Assembly: GCA_030390025.1 (NCBI GenBank)
Contig: CM059432.1
Location: forward strand, 51,152,001-51,216,000
Source: Squalus acanthias
Lineage: Eukaryota
Direction of reading: 5' to 3'
Length of the DNA: 64,000 nucleotides
The translations under genes and the position numbers were made by a program. The number at the start of each line of letters is the position of its first letter. The first letter of the stretch is position 1. Positions 11,335 through 23,507 of this stretch are shown here, in pieces. The notes below the pieces were generated by a model. It made no database searches and was not told the origin of the DNA. It saw nothing but the letters and a program-made list of their open reading frames with translations.

Positions 11335-14126
11335 TGTTGTTTGTAGTGAGTTGGAGGCGATGTTCTTTTATAACAACAATAACATCCCAAACTCCTCCAT
11401 CACCATCCCTGGGTATGTCCTATCCCACCGGCAGGACAGACCTACCAGGGATGGCGGCACAGTGGTATACAGTCGGGAAGGAGTGGCCCTGGGCGTCCTT
11501 AACATTGACTCCGGACCCCATGAAGTCTCATGGCTTCAGGTCAAGCATGGGCAAGGAAACCTCCTGCTGATTACCATCTACTGCTCTCCCTCAGCTGATG
11601 AATCAGTACTCCTCCATGTTGAACACCACTTGGAAGAAGCACTGAGAGTAGCAAGGGCACAGAATGTACTCTAGGTGGGGACTTCAATGTTCATCACCAA
11701 GAGTGGCTCGGTAGCACCACTACTGACCGAGCTGGACGAGTCCTGAAGGATATAGCTACCAGTCTGGGCCTGCGACAGGTGGGGAGAGAACCAACACGAG
11801 GGAAAAACCTACTTGATCTCGTTCTCACCAATCTACCTGTCGCAGATGCATCTGTCCATGACAGTATTGGCAGCAGTGACCACAGCACAGTCATTGTGGA
11901 GACGAAGTCCCGTCTTCACACTGAGGACACCCTCCATCATGTTGTGTGGCACTACCACCGTACTAAATGGGATAGATTCAGAACAGAGCTAGCAGCTCAA
12001 AACTGGGCATCCATGAGGCGCTGTGGGCCATCAGCAGCAGCAGAACTGTATTCCACCACAATCTGTAACCTCATGGCCAGGCACATCCCTCACTCTGCCA
12101 TTACCATCAAGCCAGGGGACCAACCCTGGTTCAATAAGGATTGTAGAAGAGCATGCCAGGAGCAGCACCAGGCATACCTAAGAATGAGGTGCCAACCTGG
12201 GGAAGCTGCAACACAGGACTACATGCATGCTAAAAAGCAGAAGCAGCATGCTATAGACAGGGCTAAGCGATCTCACAATCAACGGATCAGATCAAAGCTC
12301 TGCAGTCCTGCCACATCCAGTCGTGAATGGTGGTGGATCATTAAACAACTAACAGGAGGAAGAGGCTCCATGAATATCCCCATCCTCAATGATGATGGAG
12401 CCCAACACGTAAGTGAAAAAGACAAGGCTGAAGCATTTGCAACCATCTTCAGCCAATAGTGCCGAGTGGATGAAACATATCGGCCTTCTCCTGAGGTCCC
12501 ACCATCACAGAAGCCAGTCTTCAGCCAATTCGATTCACTCCACGTGATATCAAGAAACGGCTGAGTGACTGGATGCAGCAAAGGCTATGGGCCCCGAAAA
12601 CATCCTGGCTGTTGTGCTGAAGACTTGTGCTCCAGAACTAGCTGTGCCTCTAGCCAAGCTGTTCCTGTACAGCTACAACACTGGCATTTATCCGACAATG
12701 TGGAAAACTGCCCAGGTATGTCCTGTTCACAAAAAGCAGGACAAATCCAATCCAGCAAATTACCGCCTCATCAGTCTACTCTCAATCATCAGCAAAGTGA
12801 TGGAAGGTGTCATCGATAGTGCTATCAAGCGGCACTTACTCAGCAATAATCTGCTCATTGATGCCCAGCTTGGGTTCCACCAAGACCACTCGGCTCCCGA
12901 CCTCATTACAACCTTTGTCCATGGACAATGGAGTTGAATTCCAGAGGTGAGGTGAGAGTGACTGCCCTTGACATCAAGGCAGCATTTGACCGAGTGTGGC
13001 ATCAAGGAGTCCTAGTAAAACTGAAGTCAATGGGAATCGGGGGGAAAACTCTCCACTGGCTGGAGTAATACCTAACACAAAAGAAGATGGTTGTGGTGGT
13101 TGGAGGTCAATTATCACAGCCCCAGGACATCGCTGCAGGAGTTCCTCAGGGCAGTGTCCTACGCCCAACCATCTTCAGCTGCTTCATCAATGACCTTTCC
13201 TCCAACATAAAGTCAGAAATGGGGATGTTCGCTGATGACTGCAAAGCGTTCAGTGCCATTCACAACTCCTCAGATAATGAAGCAGTCCATGCCCGCATGC
13301 AACAAGACCTGGACGACGTTCAGGCTTGGGCTGACAAGTGGCAGGTAACAATCGCACCACACAAGTGCCAGGCAATGACTATCTCTAACAAGCGAGAGTC
13401 TAACCACCGCCCCTTGACATTCAATGGCATTACCATCGCCGAATCCCCCATCAACATCCTGGTGGTCACCATTGACCAGAAACTTAACTGGACCAGCCAC
13501 ATAAATACTGTGGCAACAAGAGCAGGTCAGAGGCTAGGTATTCTGCGGTGAGTGTCTCACCTCCTGACTCCCCAAAGCCTTTCCACCATCTACAAGGCAC
13601 AAGTCAGGAGTGTGATGGAATACTCTCCACTTGCCTGGATGAGTGCAGCTCCAACAACACTCAAGAAGCTCGACACCATCCAGGACAAAGCAGCCCGCTT
13701 GATTGGCACCCCATCCACCACATTAAACATTCACTCCCTCCACCACCAGCGTACCGTGGCTGCAGTATGTACCATCTACAAGATGCACTGCAGCAACTCG
13801 CCAAGGCTTCTTCGGCAGCATCTCCCAAACCCCCGACCTCTTCCACCTAGAAGGACAAGGGCAGCAGGCGCTTGGGAACACCATCACCTCCAAGTTCCCC
13901 TCCAAGTCACACACCATCCTGACTTGGAAGTATATCGCCGATCCTTCATCGTCGCTGGGTCAAAATCCTGGAACTCCCTCCCTAACAGCACTGTGGGAGT
14001 ACCTTCACCACACGGACTGCAGCGGTTCAAGAAGGTGGCTCACCACCACCTTCTCAAGGGCAATTAGGAATGGGCAATAAATGCTGGCCTTGCCAGCGAC
14101 GCCCACATCCCATAAACGAATTAAAA
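11335..14126 (+). mobile_element. Near full-length ORF2 of CR1-group LINE family B (APE+RT), with stops and frameshifts
   Basis: GGTVVY, GDFN, LDLVLT, SDH (APE); NYRLISLLS, QGSVL, FADD (RT); family B tail at 14058-14126. Confidence 0.95.
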
Positions 14127-14270
14127 AGACCTTGCATTTATATATTGCGCTTTTAAAGTAGTAAATGTCGCAAGGCAGGTCACTGGAGCGTTATCAAATA
14201 ATGTTTGACACCGAGTCACATAAGGAAATATTAGGAAAGTGGTAGATTTTAAGGAGCATCTTAAAGAACA
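14127..14270 (-). mobile_element. L2 3' tail fragment
   Basis: cttgcatttatatattgcgc...tttgacaccgagtcacataagg matches 51637-51735 and 44529-44625. Confidence 0.7.
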
Positions 14271-15269
14271 ATAGGGATGCTTTTGCCATGTAGGGAATAA
14301 TATCAGGGGTATTGATTTACATTGATTGAATAAGTCAAATTTCATTTTTATTAAATGGTATTTTAGGATTTTTACTGGTGATTTGGGATTTAAATTTCAT
14401 AACTCTGCCAACTATTCTGTGAAAACTATAAATGAATGGCCTTTATTTTATATGCATATTCCTTTACCTAGCAAATTAATTGTTATCCTTTACCCTTTTT
14501 AAGGATAAGAATATATAATAAGAAGGTATGCAAGATGTTCCAGTTAGATTTCAGAGGCATGAAAATGCACTGATTTCTTGCATAAAGATTGTGCAATCTG
14601 GGCAGGGAGTGTTGAGGAATGTGGGACAGGACCTGGATCCATCAAATTACCACCCTTTTATGCAACCATCAAAAATTCTGACCATGCTGACTTTTGAAGA
14701 GAAGGTGGATCTGGTGGGATATACCATCACCCACTCGAAATCCCACCCCTTCAACCTCCTTTGCCCCCAACACAAGCCTTGCCTGATGCAGGTAGTATGG
14801 TGAGAATCCTTTGTTCGGGCATCACTTCGGGATAAAAACTGGGGAGTGGAATGTGAAGTTTGGCTCACTGATGGATTCCAGGTGTTTGTCAGCAGTGAGA
14901 GGAAGGGGAGAGCATTGGCTTGACAGCACTTGGTGGAATAGCAGGGTACCAGGTCTGGAAACACTGTCAACCTGTCCGGTTGTCGGGCGGGAGACTGCAG
15001 CATTTTATTTAAATGAGGTTCTGCCATTAATATCAGCAGAACTACCATGTCCCCAGCCCTGGCGGCTTCCTTGGCCGATTACAGCCTCCCCCACACCCAC
15101 CCCAGCTCCCCGCTAATATTGGGTCCTGCACTCTTTTACTTTGAATTGAATTTTATGACATCAGTATGAGTCATATTAAGAATTGAAAAGCTTTAATGAT
15201 TGCGTGTTTTCAAACATGCTGTGCCTGATGTGCATGAATGATACTTAGATGGCTTGAAACTTTAATTTT

Positions 15270-15376
15270 GAACACCTCTATTAAATCTCCCCTTAACCTT
15301 CTCTGTTCTAATGAGAACAATCCCAGCTTTTCTAATCTCTCCACATAGCTGAAGTCCCTCATCTCTAGTACCATTC
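15270..15376 (-). mobile_element. Short CR1 RT C-terminal fragment
   Basis: Similar to 61600-61705. Confidence 0.6.
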
Positions 15377-16541
15377 CCCATCATGACACCCTAGTCCAAA
15401 TGCAGAAGTACAGGAAGGTGGATACTAGTAAGGGAATACGGAGGATGACGCAATGGTCCCTTCATTTCCTATTGGAAAAGTCACCATTTATCATCAGTGT
15501 CTGCACATGTACATTGGTTTCTTGTAGCAGTCAGGTGCAATTCTTTGCAGCTCCCTCTAAATCTCAATTGAATCAAAATCTCCACAAAATTGCAGCAGGA
15601 TCTCATCTAATCTAAAGGTGGTTTTGGTATGCTGTCTGAGTCCACTCAACCCGTTCAATGTTTAAAGCTTTGAACGCTTGTCACATTTGCAAACTCATAA
15701 CTTAATGTGGTGTGAAATAAAATGTTTTGGTTAGATTAACATTAACTGATTCTGAGAGCCTAGGAAAAAGTCTGGAAGCATTAAACTGTCAACACCTGCA
15801 CTAATTTGTAGCGCTGTACTCAAAATGTCTGCTATAATTATTCATAACTGCTCAAATGACATGCTAAATATTACCAGAGTTCATAGCCAGCAAATGTACA
15901 AAAAAAATTGGCTTTGGAAATGTAAACTGTAAGACATAGTTACCATTTATTACATTTCATGTGAATCAATAGTTTCTCCAGGTAATTTCCCAGAACACTA
16001 CAGTACAGAACACTGCAATTAAGCTACAGCGTATAGCGGAACGGATTGATGACGAAAATGCCATGCAATAGCCAACTGCTGTCATGTTCTAGAAACTGAC
16101 ACAATATCCGCATGCTTGCATTTGTGTGGAAAAATTTCTATTTTAAATTGATGAAAGCTCTTTTTAACCAAAATGATCACATAAATCTTCAAAATAAATA
16201 GACAAAAATATTTGTCAAAGGTTACTTAGAAAGGTGCTTTATTTTCTCTCTTAGTTTTACCTACCGAAGTGACAGAAGAAATCAATAATCTGACCTGAAT
16301 TTACATTTTCATGAATAGCTGTGATGGCTTGACATGCAGTGTGAGCATCAGAAAAACCTAAAGTGTCAGCTGTGGCTCAGTTGATAGCGCTCTCACCTCT
16401 GAGTCAGAAGGTTGTGGGTCCAAGTTGCACTCCAGGGACTTGAGCACAAAAATATAGGCTGACATGCCAGGGCAGTGCTGAGGGAGTGCAGCACTGTTGG
16501 AGGTGCCATCTTTCTGATGAGACGTTAAAACTGAGGCCTTG

Positions 16542-17435
16542 TGTAAGATCTTAATGACCTCTGAGTTCTTGGACAAGACACCAATAGGCAGCAGCCAGTA
16601 TGAGCAATAGATCAAGATTTATTAAGCTTACAGCGTAATCAATACTTAACAAAAGGCGATAGTTTTAACGAGTAGCTCGCAGCCCTTGGTCTTTGGAACC
16701 TCTCGGACACAGATGACGTCGTCTTAAGTCTGTTCCTTTGTTCTCTCAGTACGTCTGTGTGAAGTTGTTCTTTGAGTATCGAGGTTTTAACCCTTTTCTT
16801 ATCAAAAGTTGGTTTGGCCAGTGTCCATATATGGTCTTTAACAAAATCACCTTTTATAATTGGTTCTAATGGTCAAAATACCATTGTCACTTAGACTAAG
16901 GTAGCATCCCGCCTTTCCAGTATTTTTCCACCAACTTTGCCATGTTCAGTGTTATCTTGTTTATAGTTTTTCACCCCATTGGAATTTACTTTCTCTCTTT
17001 CATTTCATAGCCTCCCTGGTACAAGGCCTTTATACCAAGGGCCCATATCAACACTGTTTCACTAGTCTTGAGGTATCCAGACTATCTCACTTTAATCCAC
17101 CAGATAAATACCTTATCTCCATGATCTCTCTCATTTGATGTCCTTATACTAATTATTTTTTAAATATCATTGCAATTAGTTTTGGTAAGCGAATTCTAAT
17201 TTCTACTTAGCATCGTAATATGTTTTTTTTAGCAATTTAACCTTCACTCGCAGTCTGTGGCTGTTATCAAAACTTAGTGAAAACTGCTTTTTACTGTCCT
17301 TCACAGCTGCATTTTGAACAAGTCTTAGCTTTATAGTTACCCAGGAGTAATTATGGGTAATATTATTTGGTCAATGGCTACACTTGAATTTATATGTATA
17401 TGATTTTCGTCTACTAAATATCAGCCTTTCGTACA
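16542..17435 (-). mobile_element. Solo LTR (894 bp)
   Basis: TGT...ACA termini, 4-bp TSD CTTG at 16538-16541 and 17436-17439, minus-strand AATAAA near 16618. Confidence 0.85.
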
Positions 17436-17555
17436 CTTGTCTCCTCTCAGGTGGACGTAAAAGATCCCATGGCACTATTTCGAAGAAGAGCAGGGGAGTT
17501 ATTCCCGGTGTCCTGGCCAATATTTATCCCTCAATCAACATCACTAAAACAGAAT

Positions 17556-18301
17556 GGCCCGGATTTTCCGATCGGAGGCTTCCTGCGGGCGGATGCCTCC
17601 GATCTGGAAAAAAATCTATGATCTTACCTGCTGGCTCCGTAGGTCCCGACACTTCCGCTCCTGGGCCTCTCCTGGTCCGCGCACGCAGAGGCCCAGGTAT
17701 CCCAGGGGCACAGACGGCTCGCAAGCGTCCCTGGGATCATGTGGGCCATGGGGAACCAATCAAAGAGGGAATCCCCCTTCACACTTTTGACAGGTCTCTC
17801 CACGTAGACCTGTCAAAAGTATGAATGGGGATCACTCAAAACACACTAAAACATTAAATACATTTTTTTTTAAATCACGTATTTAAAATTAGTTAAAATT
17901 ACATTAAAATAAATATTTTAAGCAAAAATTTAATTTTTTGAAAAATATTAAAGTTTTTTACGGGGCTAAAAATAAACTTCCTTTTTAAAAAAAGTATTTT
18001 TAAATTATAAATGAGTGAAAAAAAGTTATTTTTTAACTTTTTTAAACTCTTATGCTGGTAAAAGCAGTCCTTACGCTTGCTTTTACCAGACATAAGATTT
18101 TTGAAGGTTTTCAGCGGGCGAAGGTTGTGCAGAAAGCGGAACTCCCTGCCTGCGGAGGCCCTTCTCCCGGGCAGGCGGGTGATCTGTCAAGAGGATTCTT
18201 GACAGATCGGAAGTGCCGGTTTTCAGCACATTGGGGTTCGCATGCCCCTACAGGTGTGTACACACCTCATACACACCCGTGGGGGTCGGAAAATATGGGC
18301 C
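17556..18301. mobile_element. Hairpin-rich non-autonomous DNA transposon (MITE, Harbinger-like)
   Basis: TIR GGCCCGGATTTTCCGA vs GGCCCATATTTTCCGA (14/16); flanks AAT/ATT; AT-rich centre; interrupts the SINE cleanly. Confidence 0.85.
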
Positions 18302-18638
18302 ATTATATTTGGTCATTATCACATTGCTGTTTGTGGAAGCTTGCTGTATGCAAATTGGCTGCTTTTTTCCTACATTACAACAGTGACTAGACTTCAAAAG
18401 TACTTCATTGACTGTAAAGCGCTTTGGCACGTCCTGTGGTTGTGAAAGGCTGCTATATAAATGCAAGTCTTTCTTTAAAGCAAGCAACTGCAATTCAATT
18501 TTAGCAAACATTTTATTTTAATACATAGGAACTGAACTCATTTAGAGTGAACTTCATTTTTCATGAAATAATTTCCATAGACTGGTTCACTTACCATGTA
18601 ACTGAATGGAATTATATTCCTAAAAGACTATAAATTAT

Positions 18639-19030
18639 TGTAGTGGTTATGTTACTGGACTAGTAATCCAGAGAAGGTGAGTTCACATTCCATCAAGGCT
18701 GTTTGAGAATTTGAATTCAGTTAAAAAAAAATCTTGAAATAAAAAACTGGTATCAGTAAAAGTGACCATGAAAATGTCAGATTGTCACAAAAACCCCACT
18801 GGTTAACTAATGACTTTTAGAGAGGAAAACCAGTTGTGCTTACCCGGTCTGGTCTATATGTTACTCCAGTCCCACACCAACATAGTTGACTCTTAATTGC
18901 TCTCTAAGTGCCCTAGTAAACCATTTAGTTTTATCAAAAGAAAACCCATCACCATGTTCAAGGCAACTAAGGAGGGCCAACAAATGCCAGCCTTGCCAGC
19001 AATGCCAAATCCAAGAATTAATTTTTAAAA
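18639..19030 (+). mobile_element. tRNA(Thr)-derived SINE with a family-B LINE 3' tail
   Basis: Anticodon-like arm CTGGA-CTAGTAA-TCCAG (18655-18671), B-box-like gagttcacattcc; body matches 57340-57605(-); tail ggcaactaagg...aaatgccagccttgccagc matches 14058-14110. Confidence 0.8.
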
Positions 19031-19124
19031 ATCCAAATGCCAATTTTCATTGGTTTGTTCATGAGCAGTGTCTCACAGACTAGATAGTAGAAACTGGCAC
19101 TTCCAGTCATTAAATACTTAATGC

Positions 19125-19665
19125 AAAAGCAAAATACTGCAGATGCTGGAAAAAATGGCACTATAAAAAGAAGAGCTGGTGAGGTTTCCCAATGTCCTTG
19201 GCCTCCTACACTGTTTTAATGAAGCTCAATGGAAGCTCAAGGAACAGCACCTCATCTTTCGATTAGGCACCTTCTGGACTCAACATTGAGTTCAACAATT
19301 TCGATCATAATCACTGCTCCCATTTTTTCGGACAGCAGCTGTGGCAATGATTCAGCTGTTATCATTTACAGCTCCTCTAGACCCATCTTTTGTTTCTTTC
19401 TTGTCCCATTACCATCTCCTTTTGCCTTGCACCATCATCCCTTTTGTCATTTCATCACTCCTACTTTCCACCCTAGCACAGACCTTCCCTTTTGTTCTTT
19501 CCTCCCCTCCCCATCTTTCCCTGCCTCTGCACTTGCTTAACACCGGTTACATCTCTAACTTTTTCCAGTGCTGATGAAAGGTCATCGACCTGAAACGTTA
19601 ACTCTGTTTCTCTTTCCACAGATGTTGCCTGACCTGCTGAGTATTTCCAGCATTTCCTGTTTTTA
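19125..19665 (+). mobile_element. Penelope-like element 3' remnant
   Basis: Degenerate VLGLLHC.NEAQ.KL.EQHLIFRLGT...GLNIEFNNF (GIY-YIG C-terminus); short inverted copy of the 3' end at 19125-19153; hammerhead motif. Confidence 0.8.
19567..19603 (+). ncRNA. Minimal type I hammerhead ribozyme motif
   Basis: CTGATGA-a-AGGTC-atc-GACCT-GAAA-CGTT-aact; stem I imperfect (agtg/aact). Confidence 0.65.
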
Positions 19666-19727
19666 AACACTCCTTGGTTTGTGTCTTAACCCAGATCTGA
19701 ATTCTGTGTTTTTAGTTTCTGATTTGA

Positions 19728-20035
19728 ACTAAGGGAGTGCCGCACTGTTGGAGGGGTCAACTTTCAGATGAAATGTTAAACAGAAGTCCTGTCTTCCTCT
19801 CAGGTGGATGTAAAAGATGGCACTATAAAAAGAGGTGGTGAGGTCTCCCGGTGTCCTGACCAACATTCAACCCTCAACCAATAGCATCAAAACAGATTAT
19901 CTGATTATTTGTCTCATTGCTGTTAGTGGGAATTTGCTGTGTGCAAATTGGCTGCTGCTTTTTCCTACATTATAACAGTAATTACACTTCAAAAGTCCTG
20001 AAGTGTGAAACATGCTATATAAATGCGATTTCTCC
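19728..20035 (+). mobile_element. DeuSINE copy, 5'-truncated
   Basis: Core and tail match 17436-18476. Confidence 0.8.
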
Positions 20036-20311
20036 TTTAGTATTGTGCTGTTAATTAAACTTGGTGCAGTTGTGCTACTTAATGTTAAGGTGGGCCTGCA
20101 GAGGCAATCTTCACTGAGTGTATCGGAGGATACAGGACTGTTAAAATCGAAGGAAAGTCTGTGGGATACTTCCAATACAAACTACTTATTCTTCTGTCTA
20201 AAAACAAAAATTCATACCCATCTTCATGCTGCCAGTTTGTCAGAAATTATCAGCTTAAATGGTGTCTTAATTGTCTGCATTAATGGTCGAGCTGATTCCG
20301 GCAAGCAGGTT

Positions 20312-20515
20312 GTCAGAAGGTTGTGGGTTCAAGTCCCACTCCAGAGACTTGAGCACAAAAATCTAGGCTGACAGTCTAGTGCAGTACTGAGAGAGTGGTG
20401 CACTGTCAGAGGTGCCATCTTTCAGATGTGACATTAAACCAAGGCCTCATCTGCTCTCTCAGGTAGACATAAAAGAGCCCATGGCATTATTTCGAAGAAG
20501 AGCAGGGAGTTATCC
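20312..20515 (+). mobile_element. DeuSINE internal fragment
   Basis: gtcagaaggttgtgggttcaagtcccactccagagacttgagcac...gaagaagagcagggagttatcc. Confidence 0.8.
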
Positions 20516-21056
20516 ACTGCAACTTCCATTTTTCTAATTAGTTTATAAAACTTACAGGAATTTCATGATATATATATATATCATCCCTGAGCAGCTCACA
20601 ATCTACGAATATAAATGTCTCGGTGCTAAGGGAGCTGATGATATACACAGCTGCCACTTTAGACCACAAGATGTCAGCAGCACACTTCCAAAAATGGAAG
20701 CTCAGAATTCGCTCACGGCTGAAAAGAAACACTGCTAAAATAGCAGTTCTGCTTCAAAGAACGAGCTAGATTAATCTTTTATGCCTCCTTCTATTGACTT
20801 TTATATCAAATCTTTCTATTTATATTTATATAACATATATTCCTCCCATGTGGCACAAAATAGGAATTACACTTGTTCCCTTCTGTCAATACATAACTTA
20901 TCTGATTACCATAGCTATTATTTCACAACTAATCTGTGTGCACTGGGACAGTGAAACCACAGTTGTCACAAAGGATCAGCTTTGAATCTAAAGTTTCAAG
21001 TAGAGTTACAAAAAATCCGATATTCAGGAAAATCGCAAATTTAGCCCTGTCCATTT

Positions 21057-21290
21057 GGGCTTCCCAAGTGGCTCAATGAGTAAATGCATCAATTGGCGTG
21101 GCACAGAATCACAGGCCAGGAAGCTCCCACGTTTGATCCTGTTCCTGCTGAGTTAGCGGATATCAACTGGGAAAGTTGTGGCCTAAATTTCTCCAGGCCA
21201 GGGAAAAATCAGCAATGGTACACTTTACTCATCATAATCCAGTGACTGCTGTTGGGTAGAGCAACATGTGTTGGATGTTGGGCATGGCTT
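21057..21290 (+). mobile_element. LF-SINE-like relic
   Basis: tggctcaatgagtaaatgca...ccaggaag...ctgctgagttagc...gggaaaaatcagc...atccagtgac. Confidence 0.55.
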
Positions 21291-21752
21291 TGACGCTTTG
21301 TTGACTGTTGACTTCCTGCTAACATTCACTGTTAAGGGTTGCCAATAAACATATAACCAGACCTCAGTAATAGTTACACCATCAGCAGGGGAGGAGAGGG
21401 ATGTAGAGAAATGAAATGGTAGGAGATGCCAAATTGCTTTGGTGGTTTTGTTCATTAATATAGCGCACAATGATGTTGAAGGGCATTGTGGCACACCTCT
21501 TATTCCTATATGAAGTACTCCTGATAAGAATCTTGGCAGAGACAGAGAGAGGCACTATCAAAAGAAGAGCAAGTAATCTCAACCATTTTGTGCCTACCCT
21601 TGTTGCTGGGGAGAGGTGTTTATCTTTATAACCAACGCTTAAGAACTGTATGAAAGTGATACGATTTAAAATTTAAATTTCCATATGTGATATTGATATT
21701 ATTAAAAGTAAATGCAAATCTTGTCCAGTAAACTAGACCAACCTGAACATGG

Positions 21753-23480
21753 TGCCGCGAAATTCGGTACCTTAGTGCCTTTCCGGTTTTGGAAACAAAA
21801 TGGCGACCGCCTCGCTTCCGCCCACTTCCGTAGCGGCCTGCGCTGGCCACCATCTTGGTGAGGGCGATAGCGTGGGCGGGACATGCAGGCGTCGGCAGTA
21901 TGCAGAGTAGGCTGATTGTGACGTCAGTCAGCGTGCATTGCTAATTTGATGCAAGACCTGCCATTTTAGATGCGTCGTTCCAAACAATGCCGTCTCCTAA
22001 ACACTCACGGCTAAACGTGCATTCAGCTGCATGAAGCAACACCCCACCAGCGCAATTTAAAGGGATACATCCAACTTTCAGGTAAGTTGATTTCTTCTCT
22101 TGTACTGGCTCTTGCAGAGTTTGTATGAACACTGGGTTGCTGGAAGACATTTATAAAGTTGTTAAAGTGTGCAGGCAGTGCTGTTGGACGTTGGGAAGGC
22201 GTTGGCTGCAACTGAAAGGCCTCCGACGACACATCTTGCTCCCAGTTATGGGGACTCTACTTGCAGTCCCCCTCGCGCTGCAGCATGAGGGGGAGCTGGA
22301 GCAGAGGCAGCAAAGATAAGCTGCTCGCAGAGGGAGGGCTCTCAGCAGGAGGCCTTACCCACCTCAGGTCTTCAGGGAGTACTTCTCCTACATGCACCTA
22401 AGCCAGGAGCAGTGTATTCGGAGGCTCTGCTTCACCAAAAAGGTGGTCACAGAACTCTGCCACCTCTTGGAACCAGACCTGCAGCCTCAGAGCAGGGCGA
22501 TGATGGCTCTGCCCGTGGCCTTCAAGGTGACCGTGACCCTGAAATTTTTTGCCAGCTGGAACAGGCGACATAGCAAATACCTCGCAGTTCACCTTCCATC
22601 ACTGCATCTGGGCTTCCCCACGGTGCAGGGTGCCATCGACTGCACACACGTGGCTTTGCAGGAGCCTCAAATCAATGCTGAGATGTACTGTAACCGCAAA
22701 GACAACCACTCTCTTAATGTGCTGGAGGAATGTCCTGTACCCACAGGGGGAGAAGGAATCTACCTCGTCCTCCTGTCCCTCTCTCCTCCTTAATCTCCTC
22801 CTCCTCCTCTTGTGGCTCCTGAGCTTGACCCTCTGCTACAATTGCTGGTGGCAACAGCTGGTCTCATGATCGGCAGATTGTGGAGCATGCAGCAAATCAC
22901 CATGAATCTGAAGCTCTCCTCGCCCTCCTGTCCCTCCTCTCCTCCAGCAGCTGCTGCTGCTGCTCTGCCTGAACTCATCTTCTCCTCCCATTCCCCTGCA
23001 GATTAAGGGGAACCCCTAACAAGATGCCGATGACCAAGCACTCCCTTTCTCCTGGTGACTCCTATAAGGTGACCAATTAGGTAGTGTCGCACAGCACTTA
23101 CTCTTTTTAAATGAAGTCCTCAGAGAATTTCCAGAATACATGTTAACAGAGTGTTGGTGAAGTCTTGACAAAGTGTCCCAGAAAGTCTCCCGATGTGTTT
23201 CAAAAGTCCTCTTCAAACCTTCAGCAACAAGTGAACAGTCAAAGATGATATATCTTTAAGTAGCACTCGAAATCTGCAGCAACGACTGGTTTACTCCCTG
23301 TCAGCTCGCTGCTGTTAGGAGAGAGCATTAGTAGAAGCGCTAGTCACCAAAATGGCATGCAGCCTCATTAATGAGCGCTAGCAGGCAATTTAAGTGGCAA
23401 TCAGCTGCTTAACAAGCCTCCGGGCGGCTGTTCCTAGCACTGGCTTCAACTGTTTTACCAAGATGGTGTCTTGCGCTAAA
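21753..23480. mobile_element. Rearranged Harbinger transposase remnants
   Basis: Plus-strand pieces (MGTLLAV, LSQEQCIRRLCFTK, GFPTVQGAIDCTHVAL) to ~22720, then minus-strand C-terminal piece (CCMLHNL plus acidic tract). Confidence 0.75.
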
Positions 23481-23507
23481 CATGGGCTAAACTGCATTTC
23501 AGCTTAT

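Larger units (their letters stand above)
16364..18476 (+). mobile_element. Full-length DeuSINE (SacSINE1-like) split by a solo LTR and a MITE
   Basis: tRNA-like head 16364-16430; Deu-like core resumes at 17436 (caggtggacgtaaaagatcccatggcactatttcgaagaagagc); L2-like tail gctatataaatgcaagtctttcttt resumes after 18302. Confidence 0.9.

Noticed and set aside
16240..16300. Alternative last exon after tttttctctcttag
   Set aside because: Joining to the phase-0 donor at 10755 adds only five codons; no supporting homology.
18639..18710. Functional tRNA-Thr gene
   Set aside because: Degenerate acceptor and T arms, no terminator; continuous with a SINE body.
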